Source of the DNA: Candidatus Moraniibacteriota bacterium | GTDB lineage: Bacteria > Patescibacteriota > Minisyncoccia > Moranbacterales > UBA1568 | Length of the DNA: 64,000 bases | Direction of reading: 5' to 3' | Assembly: GCA_030648835.1 (NCBI GenBank) | Contig: JAUSGT010000002.1 | Span: 12,108 to 76,107 of the forward strand | Part shown: piece after piece, positions 54,750-64,000 of the stretch | Layout of the letters: each line of letters begins with the position of its first letter | How positions within the stretch are numbered: the first letter of the stretch is position 1 | The notes under the pieces: model-generated | What the model saw: only the letters and a program-made list of their open reading frames with translations | Database searches by the model: none | What the model was told of the DNA's origin: nothing | Position numbers and translations under genes: made by a program

Positions 54750-56132
54750 ATGGCTAAGAAAATGAAAAAGGTTGTCAAAAAGGCAAAAAAATCTTTGAAG
54801 AGACGCGTGAAAAAAAACGCCCGCAAACGCGCTCACAAAAGAGCCGGTAAAAAACAGCGAAGGGTGATTCAAAAACGACAGACGAAGAAGAGAGGGAGAG
54901 TGTCCGCGAAACAATCGAAAAAGAAATCTCATATCAAAAAATCAAAAGCTGGTAAGAAGCAGCGTGCCAAGCTTGCGAAAAAGAAATCTTTCAGCAAGAA
55001 AGAGCGATCGGAGAAGAAACAGAGCGCTTTGGTGGAACTTTTGGCGCGTGGCAAGCAGCGGGGATTTGTGACGGAAGATGAAATTATCCATATCCTTCCG
55101 GATGTGGAGATGGACCTCGATAACTTGGAACATCTCTATGAGCAGTTGGAAAATTCCGGTATCCGTATCGTCGGGTCGGAGGAAATGCTCAAACTCGATA
55201 TCCACAAAGTAGGGGAAGAGTTTGGCAAGAAAAGCAAAGGCAAAGGAAAAACCAAAGCGGCACCGAAGGCCAAAGACAAAATGATGGATCTCGGCGAAGA
55301 GAGTACCTCGGATCTCGTGCAAATGTATCTCAAGGAAATCGGCCGGGTGGCGCTTTTGAACGGCGAAGAAGAAGTCCGGCTCGCCAAGCTCATAGAGAAA
55401 GGCGATCTGGCGGCAAAACAGCGGCTGACCGAAGCCAACCTGCGTCTCGTGGTATCCATCGCCAAGAAATATGTCGGCCGCTCGCACAATCTTTCTCTCC
55501 TTGATCTCATTCAGGAGGGGAATATCGGATTGTTTCGGGCCGTTGAGAAATTCGATTATCGCAAAGGGTACAAATTTTCCACGTATGCGACCTGGTGGAT
55601 CCGTCAGGCCATCACTCGCGCGCTGGCCGATCAGTCGCGCACTATCCGTATTCCGGTGCATATGGTGGAAACCATCAACAAGTACGCGCAGATCACGCGT
55701 CGTTTGGTGCAGGAATTGGGTCGCGAGCCGCTGGCGGAAGAAATTGCCGCGGAAATGAATCTGGAAGTGGACAAAATCCGCCATATCCAGAAAATTTCTC
55801 AGGAAACCGTGTCGCTCGAAACATCGGTCGGTGACAACGAAGACGACAGCGTACTTGGGGATTTCATTGAAGATACGGAAACGGTGATGCCGCATCAGGC
55901 CGCTTCGCGCAAGTTACTTAAAACACATATCTCGGACATTTTGAACGAACTCACTCCGCGGGAACAAAAAATTCTGCGTATCCGTTTCGGATTGGAAGAC
56001 GGCGTGACGCATACCCTCGAAGAGGTGGGACAGGAATTCGGTGTGACACGCGAGCGTATCCGCCAGATCGAGGCCAAGGCGTTGGAGAAAATTCGCGAGC
56101 ACGAAAGTCTGAAAAAACTCCGGGACTATTGA
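54750..56132 (+). CDS. rpoD: RNA polymerase sigma-70 factor RpoD with about 100-aa polybasic N-terminal extension
   Basis: Regions 1.2-4 are present ([33 protein letters not shown]). The first 100 aa are K/R-rich ([36 protein letters not shown]...). Confidence 0.9.
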   Translation: MAKKMKKVVKKAKKSLKRRVKKNARKRAHKRAGKKQRRVIQKRQTKKRGRVSAKQSKKKSHIKKSKAGKKQRAKLAKKKSFSKKERSEKKQSALVELLARGKQRGFVTEDEIIHILPDVEMDLDNLEHLYEQLENSGIRIVGSEEMLKLDIHKVGEEFGKKSKGKGKTKAAPKAKDKMMDLGEESTSDLVQMYLKEIGRVALLNGEEEVRLAKLIEKGDLAAKQRLTEANLRLVVSIAKKYVGRSHNLSLLDLIQEGNIGLFRAVEKFDYRKGYKFSTYATWWIRQAITRALADQSRTIRIPVHMVETINKYAQITRRLVQELGREPLAEEIAAEMNLEVDKIRHIQKISQETVSLETSVGDNEDDSVLGDFIEDTETVMPHQAASRKLLKTHISDILNELTPREQKILRIRFGLEDGVTHTLEEVGQEFGVTRERIRQIEAKALEKIREHESLKKLRDY

Positions 56133-56175
56133 GAGCGTATCAAATATTTTGTATCTGGAATTTGACAAAGAAAAA

Positions 56176-56200
56176 AGAGGGGGAGACCCCTCTTTTTTTG
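56176..56200. terminator. Intrinsic terminator after rpoD
   Basis: AAAAAAG-AGAGGGG-gaga-CCCCTCT-TTTTTTG. Confidence 0.7.
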
Positions 56201-56240
56201 TATACATAATACATGATACGCGCTACCAAATACCGTATTA

Positions 56241-57662
56241 TCAGGTAATCCTGAAATTCTTGAACTGCCAGGGATCGCTTTCATCAAGGTCTTCGGGCAG
56301 GGGATGATTGCGGTTTTCGAGCGGTGTCCAGTCGCTGTACTCGCCCATGACTTTTCCCAAGTAAGGTTTGGCAATGCGGAGGATTTCGTCGAAAGGCATC
56401 TCATCCGGTTCGATGACGCCACGGCGCGGATTCTTGATGGCCCAGATGACACCGGAGAGAACCCCGGCTGTTACCTGGAGCGCCGTCGCGCTGTTGTGGG
56501 GAGTGAGTCGGCGGGCCTCTTCTACGGAAAGGCGCGAGCCGTACCAATAGGCGCCTTTTTCGTGCCCCATGAGGAGGACGCCAAGCTCATCGATGCCGGA
56601 AACAATCTCATCGGTGACGACGCGTTTGTTCTTTTGGAGTTCGAAATTTTTTCCGATAAATTCATGAACGGAAAGCACCGTATCATCGCTCGGATGATAC
56701 GCGTAGTGGACAGTGGGGCGATAGGTGGGGGTTTTGGTATCACCGATGGTGAAATAATCAGCCAAGGAAATCGATTCACCGTGAGTAATGAGAAAAGCGG
56801 TTTGTGAACCGGCGAGCGGTGTCCAACTGCGGACCTCTGTAGCTGCTCCCGGACGTCCCAAAAATATGGCGGCTGTACATCCGAAATCAAAGCGCTTGCC
56901 ATCCGGGGGAAAATGTTTCTCGTGGCTGCCCCACCCCAGTTCGGCCGGTTGTGATCCTTCACCGACAAAACCATCGACTGACCAGGTGTTGACGAATTCG
57001 CCGAGATGTTTACGCGGGTTGCAGATCTGCGTGTCGCGTTCGGCGATGTGAATGGTTTTGATATGGAGGTCGCACGCGAGTTTGGCCCACTGCGCGCGAT
57101 CTTGCGGGACATTCGTGAATTGCCCGGTATCTTTGGCGATATGGATGAGCGCTTTTTTTACGAAATGTGAAACGAGGCCGGGGTTGGCGCCGTGAGTGAG
57201 GACAGCTGTCGGCGCTGTGGTACCATATTTTTTGCGCAGAACCAGAGCGTCTTCACGCAGAGCATAGTTGGTGCGTTTGGCTTCGGGGATGGATGTATCC
57301 GTATAGCCGCCCTCCCATGGTTCGATGACGGTATCGAGGTAGAGAACATCGTTTTCCGCGCAGAAAGAAATCAGATCGACCGTCGAGACATCGACGGAAA
57401 GATTGAGAAGAAAGTCTCCGGGCTTGAGATGTGATTTGAGAATTTCTTGATAATTGTTTTGTTTGAGCGGTTTGATGATGAAGGTCACTCCGTATTCCTC
57501 GGCAATTTCTTTGCCGCGCTTATCGGCGGTGACGATAGTGATGCACTCTTTCGGAATATCGATATGGCGGAGAATAAGTGGCAAAACTCCTTGGCCGATG
57601 GAGCCAAAGCCGATGATGAGAATATTGTGGGGGAAGGAGATTTTTTTTGGAGGTTGGGGCAT
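56241..57662 (-). CDS. Homospermidine synthase-like / saccharopine dehydrogenase-family NAD-binding enzyme
   Basis: N-terminal Rossmann NILIIGFGSIGQGVLPLILRHI. About 470 aa. Overall similarity to the bacterial homospermidine synthase family is judged from memory. Confidence 0.5.
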   Translation of the reverse strand: MPQPPKKISFPHNILIIGFGSIGQGVLPLILRHIDIPKECITIVTADKRGKEIAEEYGVTFIIKPLKQNNYQEILKSHLKPGDFLLNLSVDVSTVDLISFCAENDVLYLDTVIEPWEGGYTDTSIPEAKRTNYALREDALVLRKKYGTTAPTAVLTHGANPGLVSHFVKKALIHIAKDTGQFTNVPQDRAQWAKLACDLHIKTIHIAERDTQICNPRKHLGEFVNTWSVDGFVGEGSQPAELGWGSHEKHFPPDGKRFDFGCTAAIFLGRPGAATEVRSWTPLAGSQTAFLITHGESISLADYFTIGDTKTPTYRPTVHYAYHPSDDTVLSVHEFIGKNFELQKNKRVVTDEIVSGIDELGVLLMGHEKGAYWYGSRLSVEEARRLTPHNSATALQVTAGVLSGVIWAIKNPRRGVIEPDEMPFDEILRIAKPYLGKVMGEYSDWTPLENRNHPLPEDLDESDPWQFKNFRIT

Positions 57663-57874
57663 TATCTGTAGACAAGTATACTGATGAAAAAAAGGAAAAA
57701 CGAAAAAATAATCAACACATGTAGAGAATTATAATATTTTTAGACTTCAGTGTAAACCCCTTTTGGTTATGTCCATATACATATGGCAGTGAAATAAGGA
57801 CGCTATTTGTCTTTTGATTTTTTTGTGCTACGGTGTGAACATCACAAACAGTTCTTTTCAGGGAGGGCTCTGCC

Positions 57875-58459
57875 ATGCCAATCATTGTTTTCTCTCGGGG
57901 TAAGGGGATAATCGTCGACAGCGCTCTTGGCAAAAAAGAGGCGCTGCGGGATAACCCGCAATTTCCCTGCCCATCGGTCATTCGGGCTCGCCAGCGTCTC
58001 ATCACGCTTGACTACTGGTCGTTTGATGGGGCAGTTCATCGGGGGCAGATGGTTCTTGACCGGAGGATTGCTCTTGATGTAGAGGCGATTTTTGAGGGGC
58101 TTCTGCAAGGGCGATTTCCTCTGGCGAAAGTTATTCCTATTACTTTCTACGGTTTCGATGATATTCTCTCGATGCGAGACAACAACTCGAGCGGGTTTAA
58201 TTATCGGAAGAAAAGCAATAGGGACGAACTGTCCCTACATGCTCTCGGACAAGCTCTCGATATCAATCCATGGCAGAACCCGTACATAAAGGGTGATTAT
58301 GTTGCACCCGAGGGGGCGCGATATGATCCGCGAGCGCGAGGGACACTCACCAAAGATTCGCTTCCGGTGCAGCTCTTCAAAGCCAGAGGGTTCATCTGGG
58401 GTGGCGACTGGGTGGAATGCAAAGATTACCAGCATTTTGAGAAGCCTTTCCCCGTATGA
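57875..58459 (+). CDS. Peptidase M15 family (D-Ala-D-Ala carboxypeptidase/VanY-like) zinc peptidase
   Basis: Zn ligands in SLHALGQALDINP and KDYQHFE (H-x6-D ... H). Confidence 0.6.
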   Translation: MPIIVFSRGKGIIVDSALGKKEALRDNPQFPCPSVIRARQRLITLDYWSFDGAVHRGQMVLDRRIALDVEAIFEGLLQGRFPLAKVIPITFYGFDDILSMRDNNSSGFNYRKKSNRDELSLHALGQALDINPWQNPYIKGDYVAPEGARYDPRARGTLTKDSLPVQLFKARGFIWGGDWVECKDYQHFEKPFPV

Positions 58460-58546
58460 GGCAGCCGTGTATCACCGGTTGCCCTTTTCTTTTTTTTCAT
58501 TTAGAATACTGACGTCGCCAAGTAGGCGATTTATAATAGAAAATAT

Positions 58547-58621
58547 TCCGCGGTAGCTCAGCGGTAGAGCGAGGGACTGTTAATCCCCAGGTCACAGGTT
58601 CGAATCCTGTCCGCGGAGCCA
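58547..58621 (+). tRNA. tRNA-Asn (anticodon GTT), CCA encoded
   Basis: TCCGCGG acceptor. GCTCAGCGGTAGAGC D-arm. Anticodon loop CTGTTAA. T-arm ACAGGTTCGAATCCTGT. CCGCGGA-G-CCA. Confidence 0.85.
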
Positions 58622-60190
58622 CATGGGATTTGCGTCGCCGAAAGCGACGCTTTTCTGTTTTCTGGAGCGGTTTTTCAGAGGTTCGAATGTGCCTAAATTT
58701 TCTTCTTTTGAATTTGAGACAAGAATCAGTGGTAAAAGCGCGGAATCCGCATCAATGCTGATGTTTTTGTCTTTTAGGAGGAGGTTCGAACCTAGGGCGG
58801 ATAAAATAACCTTTCTGGCATGCTGACCTCGCTCGGTGAATGATTCTTGGGCGTCACTGGCGAACCGAAGAATATTATCAGCGGTCTGAAGCCAGCTGTC
58901 GACTCGGTTGTCGGTATCGTTCAGAAGTTCGTGCAACTTTGATTTTTCCTGATTGACCGTTGATTTCTTGCGTGTAAATTCTTCCTCGCTGATTTCACCG
59001 GCCGAGCGCATGTCGATAAGTGCGTCGAGCTTGTGGACGCAGGCTTCATAATTTTTCTGTTGGTTGGCAAGGATGGCGTTTCGATCATCGGCTTCGCGTC
59101 CGTTTTCATTTTGAAGCCATTTCATCGCCCAGTCGTGAAATTCCTGAGGCGGCCGAACACGCGCTAATGTGCTGGTGACCTGTCTTTCCAATTCTTTCAC
59201 CTCGATGCATTTCTGACCGCACGGTCCTTTTTGTTTGGTGCAGTGGTAATAAGTATAATAATGGACATTGCCATTCTTATTTCTTTTTGTTTTATTTTCG
59301 GCCGTGATCATAGCACCACATTCGCCGCAACGAATCATACCAGTATAGGCGAAGGTGTGTGTTTCGGGTTTCGGTTTGCTGCCTCGGCCGAGAAGTGCCT
59401 GGACGCGATCGTATTCTTCTCTGGTGATCATCGGTTCGTGTTTGCCTTTGTGCCAATTTCCGCTGCCTTGCGGCCACTCGAACCAGCCGTAGTAAAAAGG
59501 ATTATAAAGCACTCGATAGAATCCGCTGCGCGCCAGCTTTTTGAAGCCCCATTGATTGACGGCAATCTCATGGACTCGCGGTGCCGTGTATGTGCCGCTT
59601 AAAACCATATCAAACATTTTGCGAATAATTGGAAACATTTTCGAGTCCTTGCGGATCGTCTTGAATCCTTTTTGTTTATCCGGCGTATTCAAATATCCGG
59701 TCGGCGCCGGGCCGGGATGCCAACCGAGTTCGACTTTGCGTCTGAGGCCGCGTTTCACATCGATGCCTTTGTTATCATTTTCCAATTTCGCCTGGCTACA
59801 CAAAAGATTCAGCAGGAATTTATCATTGGGCGTATTTTTGAATGCTTGCCCGGGAGTTTGTATTTGGAGCAGCTTATTTTGATCCATGAGATAAACCAGA
59901 TAGCCGGTATCCATCGAATTTCTTGAAAGACGATTTGGATGCCAAGTTAAAATTCCATTGGCTTCGCCTTTCTCGATGCGGCGCATCATTTCATTGAAAA
60001 TTTTTCTGCCTGGCGCCTTGGCCGAGTAGGATTCTTCAAGCAAGTTCACGATTTGAACCTTTTCGCGTTTGGCCAGTGTTTCCAATTCGCTCTTTTGCGA
60101 ATCAATGGAAAGCACTTGGCGGTCTTCCTGCTCCGACGATTTTCGAGCGTAGAGAAAATATTTGAGTTTTGGTTGCGCTTCCTGATTCAT
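58592..60190 (-). CDS. Large serine recombinase (integrase)
   Basis: N-terminal resolvase domain YARKSSEQEDRQVLSIDSQ with the catalytic Ser. Recombinase domain. Zinc ribbon CGECG...HYYTYYHCTKQKGPCGQKC. Coiled-coil. The ORF reads through the tRNA terminator hairpin and ends inside the tRNA-Asn 3' half: ...MWLRGQDSNL is the antisense of the tRNA T-arm. The start is moved to MNQEAQPKLKYFLYARKS. Confidence 0.85.
   Translation of the reverse strand: MNQEAQPKLKYFLYARKSSEQEDRQVLSIDSQKSELETLAKREKVQIVNLLEESYSAKAPGRKIFNEMMRRIEKGEANGILTWHPNRLSRNSMDTGYLVYLMDQNKLLQIQTPGQAFKNTPNDKFLLNLLCSQAKLENDNKGIDVKRGLRRKVELGWHPGPAPTGYLNTPDKQKGFKTIRKDSKMFPIIRKMFDMVLSGTYTAPRVHEIAVNQWGFKKLARSGFYRVLYNPFYYGWFEWPQGSGNWHKGKHEPMITREEYDRVQALLGRGSKPKPETHTFAYTGMIRCGECGAMITAENKTKRNKNGNVHYYTYYHCTKQKGPCGQKCIEVKELERQVTSTLARVRPPQEFHDWAMKWLQNENGREADDRNAILANQQKNYEACVHKLDALIDMRSAGEISEEEFTRKKSTVNQEKSKLHELLNDTDNRVDSWLQTADNILRFASDAQESFTERGQHARKVILSALGSNLLLKDKNISIDADSALLPLILVSNSKEENLGTFEPLKNRSRKQKSVAFGDANPMWLRGQDSNL
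58632..58663 (+). terminator. Rho-independent terminator after tRNA-Asn
   Basis: GCGTCGC-cgaaa-GCGACGC-TTTTCTGTTTTCT. Confidence 0.7.
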
Positions 60191-60191
60191 A

Positions 60192-60944
60192 TTATTTTTT
60201 AAAAAGCGGCAGCGAATTTTCGTATTGCAATAAATTTCCGCTGTTTGAGATGAATATTCGAATGGTCGGGTATTTCGGTTCGGCTTCGAGCTCGGCTGGT
60301 GTTTTATACTCCTTATCCTCATAGAGCCATTCCCAGCGATCATTCTCATTGTCTTTGGAGACTGGTTGTGCTGTGAAGTTATCTTTTATCGAAGAATACA
60401 TTTTTGGCAGGGCATGTTCGAGATATCTCTCGCTGATAGTTTTAATTTGTTCAGTGCTTATCGGTGGGGAGAACAGTGCACTGCGCGAGTCATCGCAAGT
60501 TGCTTGGCCTTTCGGATAAACCAATCCAACATTGACCATCTCATGCGTTTTAGGAAATACTTCGAATCGGTAGACTTCGCAGCTATCGGATACGAATTTG
60601 GTTGATTCATAAATGTTCACAGTTCTTTGCCATTCTTGTGGAGTGGTTATGTGACTGCCACCGCCTCCGGGAAGCGGTTCGCTTGATCCGACCGTGAAAT
60701 TTGACGGCGCTTGCGAGCTTATAAAAATTACCGGATAATTTTCATCGCCCATAAAATTGGCAATAGTTTGCTCGTCTTGTTGCAAGTCTTTCTGGGTTGG
60801 AGTTTGCCGTTTTTGTGTTTGCTCTTGGGCTCCGAAATTGCCCGAAAGCGGTGCCTTCTTTGCTCGGAGGTTATAAACCCCGACAATCGCCACCATAGCT
60901 GTTACGGCTGAAATTATGGCGATAGATTTTGTGTTTTTTGTCAT
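60192..60944 (-). CDS. Hypothetical membrane-anchored protein (island cargo)
   Basis: N-terminal TM IAIISAVTAMVAIVGVY, then a roughly 220-aa extracytoplasmic domain with no recognised family. Confidence 0.4.
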   Translation of the reverse strand: MTKNTKSIAIISAVTAMVAIVGVYNLRAKKAPLSGNFGAQEQTQKRQTPTQKDLQQDEQTIANFMGDENYPVIFISSQAPSNFTVGSSEPLPGGGGSHITTPQEWQRTVNIYESTKFVSDSCEVYRFEVFPKTHEMVNVGLVYPKGQATCDDSRSALFSPPISTEQIKTISERYLEHALPKMYSSIKDNFTAQPVSKDNENDRWEWLYEDKEYKTPAELEAEPKYPTIRIFISNSGNLLQYENSLPLFKK

Positions 60945-61233
60945 AGTTTTTTTGTTAATTATTAGTTATCGACCCAAGCATAACATGCGCCCAAGGCTGA
61001 AAGAAGTCAAATGCCAAAATTGCTGTTGTTTAAAGGTTTTTTAGGAGTAGTTGCCTTGAAATCCGATGAAGTTTCAATGAAGAGTTGATGAAGTGTTTTC
61101 TCTGAAATCTACCCCAGTTTCACCCAAGCTTTACCCCAACCTCTATTCGGTATAATTTTTTGACGGCCGCGCCGTCTTTATTTAAGACTAGTCTTGATAA
61201 TTTTTCTTATTAAAGTACTTCTTATTATAGAGT

Positions 61234-61674
61234 TCATGGTGGCCTATGGTGTGGGTTCATAGTGGACTCTGACCGGGGTTCACTATGACCCCCGGTACTT
61301 TTATACAACCGTGGGTTTATCCGATATGCGGTTCCAGGCCAGCGTCCATATTTGGCGGTGCCTTTTTTTGTTTCGATTAATTCCAGCTGCAACAATTTTT
61401 TTCTGACGCGCTTGCAAGTCGATTGGCAGAAGCCATAGGCAGCAAAGCCGCGTTCTTTTTCGCCTCGAGTCATGAATGATTTATCGGTATGCCAAAACCA
61501 GCCGTCTTTGGCGGCGTAGCGGTTGGATAGATGGCACAGCACTAGGAAGAAATCACGCTCGGCATGAGAAAGCGCATGGCGCAATTTTTCGTCATCAAGC
61601 GGTATGTGCGGCACCAAAAAGAAGTTTATATTTTTAGCGGGTGTTTTCGGGTTCGGTTGATTCATATGGTTCAC
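61234..61674 (-). CDS. Hypothetical protein with replication-initiator-type HTH (HTH_36-like)
   Basis: GFAAYGFCQSTCKRVRKKLLQLELIE resembles the wHTH of phage/plasmid replication proteins. Confidence 0.35.
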   Translation of the reverse strand: MNHMNQPNPKTPAKNINFFLVPHIPLDDEKLRHALSHAERDFFLVLCHLSNRYAAKDGWFWHTDKSFMTRGEKERGFAAYGFCQSTCKRVRKKLLQLELIETKKGTAKYGRWPGTAYRINPRLYKSTGGHSEPRSESTMNPHHRPP

Positions 61675-61942
61675 TAATTATTTTGGCTACTTTTTCACTA
61701 ATGGCAGTTTCGACTTGTCGGCCGACTGCCTGATCGATTGGATGAAAAATATTGATATTTTGATTGGTTACTTTGCGGGTTGGATAGACCAAACGGTATC
61801 CGCCATCTCTGCGGCTGAACACGGCGACCGAGCCCATCCAGAATTTGTCATCGAGCACAAACGAAACAAACCCGAGGAGGCCGTCCTTGGGTTTAACCGG
61901 ATAAAATTGAATTTCGCTAATTGAGGTTTGTTTGGTATTCAT
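61634..61942 (-). CDS. SpoVG-family protein
   Basis: IQFYPVKPKDGLLGFVSFVLDDKFWMGSVAVFSRRDGGYRLVYPTRK...IFHPIDQAVGRQVETAISEKV follows the SpoVG conserved pattern. Confidence 0.5.
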   Translation of the reverse strand: MNTKQTSISEIQFYPVKPKDGLLGFVSFVLDDKFWMGSVAVFSRRDGGYRLVYPTRKVTNQNINIFHPIDQAVGRQVETAISEKVAKIISEPYESTEPENTR

Positions 61943-62162
61943 GGTTGTTCACTACATTTTTATTGAAATCATCGATAGAGGGCTCGCCCATATAGGTGAT
62001 TTTATAAAGCTTGAAAAGATTATTGGCGCGCAAATTTGCTTCCTCATCAGAAAGTCGCACGCCGTAGCGTTTTTCATAGAGCTCGTTGAATTCTTCGATG
62101 GCTTCTTGAGATAGCATAAAAAGACTGGCCCAATTGGGACTAGTCTTTATCTGTCTACTCAA
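61917..62162 (-). CDS. Hypothetical small protein (island cargo)
   Basis: 81-aa ORF, acidic. No domain recognised. Confidence 0.25.
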   Translation of the reverse strand: MSRQIKTSPNWASLFMLSQEAIEEFNELYEKRYGVRLSDEEANLRANNLFKLYKITYMGEPSIDDFNKNVVNNHEYQTNLN

Positions 62163-62605
62163 GTTCTACTCGGATCAATGCGAGACACCTTAGCCTCGAA
62201 AGGGGAAAATAAAAAAGGGCTATAACTTCTCGCTACCAACAATGCGCCGTTCAAAAAACGACTGTTGATAACAGGAAGTCATAGCCCCGTCGCGTTTAGT
62301 TCCGAAAAATCGGAACGCCGTCAGGCAAACTTTCTGCGTTTGTATTTATATTTTAACAAATAAAATAAGGTTGTCAATGGGCGGACTGTGGATAATTTTT
62401 GGTTATCGCCACATTTCAGATATAAGACACAATTGTCATAGTTCTGAAATGCCAGGGGATCTATTTGGCACATAGCTAAAAGTGATTTAGTAAATAGACT
62501 AAGAATACCTTTATTTGAGGGAAAAAATTAGGCCTTGACTTCTCTATATCAATAGAGTAACATAGTAACATCACTTACTATATTACTTAAAAAAGGTATA
62601 AAAAC

Positions 62606-64000
62606 ATGGAAGAAATTCTTAAATATGTACAAAACCAGCTAGTTCAAGCGCCCTTCCGGCTTAAATCCTATGCTCAAGATGAGCAAGGCAAAAAATATCC
62701 GCAAAGAAATATTTATATCAAGGTTGATAAATATTTTCGGGATTTTTTGCATAACTCAAATGTTCAGGATCGCTGGATTATAATCCCAGGTCTTCGCGGT
62801 GTCGGCAAAACTACTATTCTCGCGCAGATTTTTTTAAATCACTATCAAGAAGCGGGTGATCGCAGAATGCTCTACATTTCGCTGGATGAAGTTGTAAATG
62901 TCCTTGGTTCATCATTGAAAGATGTTTTAAATGCCTATGAAAAAATAATCGGTGAAAGTTTTGAGAAGCTTACCCAGCCAGTTTTTATTTTCATTGATGA
63001 AGCGCAGTATGATCCCAAGTGGGCGTCAGTATTAAAGTCAGTATATGACCGGTCAAATAAGGTTTTTGTTGCTTGCAGTGGCTCATCGGCTGTTTCTTTG
63101 CAAACAAATCCAGATGTAATTCGCCGTTCTATTTTTCAGAAACTTTTTCCAACCAGTTTTTCTGAATTCCTGATGATTCGTGATGGCAAATTTCCGATCA
63201 AAGATCTGAAGAAAAATATAAAAGACGCGCTGTTTAATGCTGATTCCGCCAAGGACGCTTATGAAAAATTAAAAAAATATGAGCAGAGCGTAAGCAATGC
63301 TTGGTCATCCATAGATCGTCAATATGTCGATGAATATTTGAAGATCGGCACTCTGCCCTTTGCTATTCGAATGAAAGATGAAGTGCGGGTGTATCAAACA
63401 ATCACTTTGCTTTTAGATAAGGTGATTAATCAAGATGTCCAAAGTCTTGGTCGGTTTGACACTAAAACCCTCGTTTACATTAAAAGGGTATTATTTTTAC
63501 TGGCCGAGTCTGATGTGGTGAGTATTCAAAAACTTGCCGCAACACTTGAAACCACTGTAAATACAGTTTCCAATATTCTTGAAGTTTTGGAACAAGCAGA
63601 GCTGCTTATTCGTGTTATGCCTTACGGTTCTAATTCTAAGAAGGTCAGGAAGCCTTCGCGCTATCAATTTATGTCCTCGGCTATGCGCTCAGCGTTTCTT
63701 TCTGTCGCCGGCAACGAGCAAATCTTCGCCGGTCAAAAAGGTCGGCTTATGGAAGACATTGTGGCTATGACTCTGTATCGAGAGTTTGTTGCCAGCAGCC
63801 GCGGAGCGCTCAATTATGATAGCTCAAAAGCTGGCGCGGATTTTATATTAACCATCGCCGGCAAGAGCATCATTCCTATTGAAGTCGGTATGGGTGAAAA
63901 ATTGGGCACGCAAGTCCGGAACACAATGAATAAAATCGGTTCATCCAAATACGGCATAGTTATTTGCAGAAATTCACTTACTCTTTTAGAGGACGCCAAT
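62606..64000 (+). CDS. AAA+ ATPase of the COG1373 / AAA_14-DUF4143 type (partial; runs off window end)
   Basis: Absent from the ORF track because no stop occurs before position 64000. Hand translation from the ATG at 62606 is open to the window end. Walker A IIIPGLRGVGKTTIL. Walker B FIFIDEAQYDP. The C-terminal region is typical of DUF4143. Confidence 0.7.
   Translation, partial: MEEILKYVQNQLVQAPFRLKSYAQDEQGKKYPQRNIYIKVDKYFRDFLHNSNVQDRWIIIPGLRGVGKTTILAQIFLNHYQEAGDRRMLYISLDEVVNVLGSSLKDVLNAYEKIIGESFEKLTQPVFIFIDEAQYDPKWASVLKSVYDRSNKVFVACSGSSAVSLQTNPDVIRRSIFQKLFPTSFSEFLMIRDGKFPIKDLKKNIKDALFNADSAKDAYEKLKKYEQSVSNAWSSIDRQYVDEYLKIGTLPFAIRMKDEVRVYQTITLLLDKVINQDVQSLGRFDTKTLVYIKRVLFLLAESDVVSIQKLAATLETTVNTVSNILEVLEQAELLIRVMPYGSNSKKVRKPSRYQFMSSAMRSAFLSVAGNEQIFAGQKGRLMEDIVAMTLYREFVASSRGALNYDSSKAGADFILTIAGKSIIPIEVGMGEKLGTQVRNTMNKIGSSKYGIVICRNSLTLLEDAN

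Larger units (their letters stand above)
58592..62162. mobile_element. Putative integrative element at tRNA-Asn (right boundary not identified; may extend past 62162 to include the AAA+ ATPase gene)
   Basis: Serine integrase abutting and overlapping the tRNA-Asn 3' end. Degenerate tRNA 3'-half-like copies at about 58672-58693 and 58783-58805. Cargo is hypothetical genes, a replication-HTH-like protein and a SpoVG-like protein, all on the minus strand. Confidence 0.55.

Noticed and set aside
58672-58805. Additional tRNA genes suggested by GGTTCGAA motifs downstream of tRNA-Asn
   Set aside because: The fragments lack acceptor, D and anticodon arms. They lie in the recombinase C-terminal coding region and are interpreted as att-related degenerate tRNA 3'-half copies, not genes.
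1-64000. CRISPR arrays, rRNA genes, toxin-antitoxin pairs
   Set aside because: There are no runs of regularly spaced 25-40 nt direct repeats, no rRNA-like conserved blocks, and no small adjacent gene pairs with recognisable TA folds.

Overview
This 64 kb window looks like it comes from a small, streamlined bacterial genome. Gene content and organisation suggest a Patescibacteria/CPR-like lineage, but that is an inference. It spans the chromosomal origin: rpmH-rnpA-yidC-jag sit on the minus strand, facing dnaA-dnaN and a DUF721/DciA-like gene. DnaA-box clusters lie on both sides of dnaA. The rest is densely packed housekeeping genes: ruvC, ruvB, ruvA, polA, mutM, holA, dnaG-rpoD, rpsT, tsaE, yebC, pyk, purC, malic enzyme, htpX, mscL, a lemA-DUF2207 pair, and a FemAB plus Mur-ligase pair. 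There are also cell-envelope genes (two GT2 glycosyltransferases, a Wzx-like flippase, a class A PBP) and two tRNAs, Ser-GGA and Asn-GTT.

Several things stand out:
- A three-gene operon encodes a multi-pass membrane protein, a RimK-like ATP-grasp fused to a retropepsin-like domain, and a second ATP-grasp ligase.
- A 1029-aa protein contains two complete PilB/GspE secretion-ATPase cores fused in tandem.
- A roughly 60-nt structured element occurs twice, with compensatory base changes between the copies.
- Two intergenic long-arm inverted repeats (20 bp and 27 bp arms) enclose AT-rich loops of about 80 nt.
- A GGCATACCCAG motif occurs three times near the start of a bPH-domain gene.
- A strong sigma70-type promoter and an intrinsic terminator bracket about 420 nt with no convincing ORF, a candidate ncRNA.
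- An integrative element sits at tRNA-Asn. Its large serine recombinase ORF reads through the tRNA terminator into the tRNA 3' half. Its cargo includes SpoVG-like, replication-HTH-like and AAA+ ATPase genes.
- An OMP-like beta-barrel protein ends in a C-terminal Phe.
- Intergenic spacers built from 7-9 nt tandem units in inverted blocks recur across the window.

Many long ORFs in the supplied track are antisense shadows of real genes and were discarded. Hand-counted coordinates may be off by 1-2 nt.
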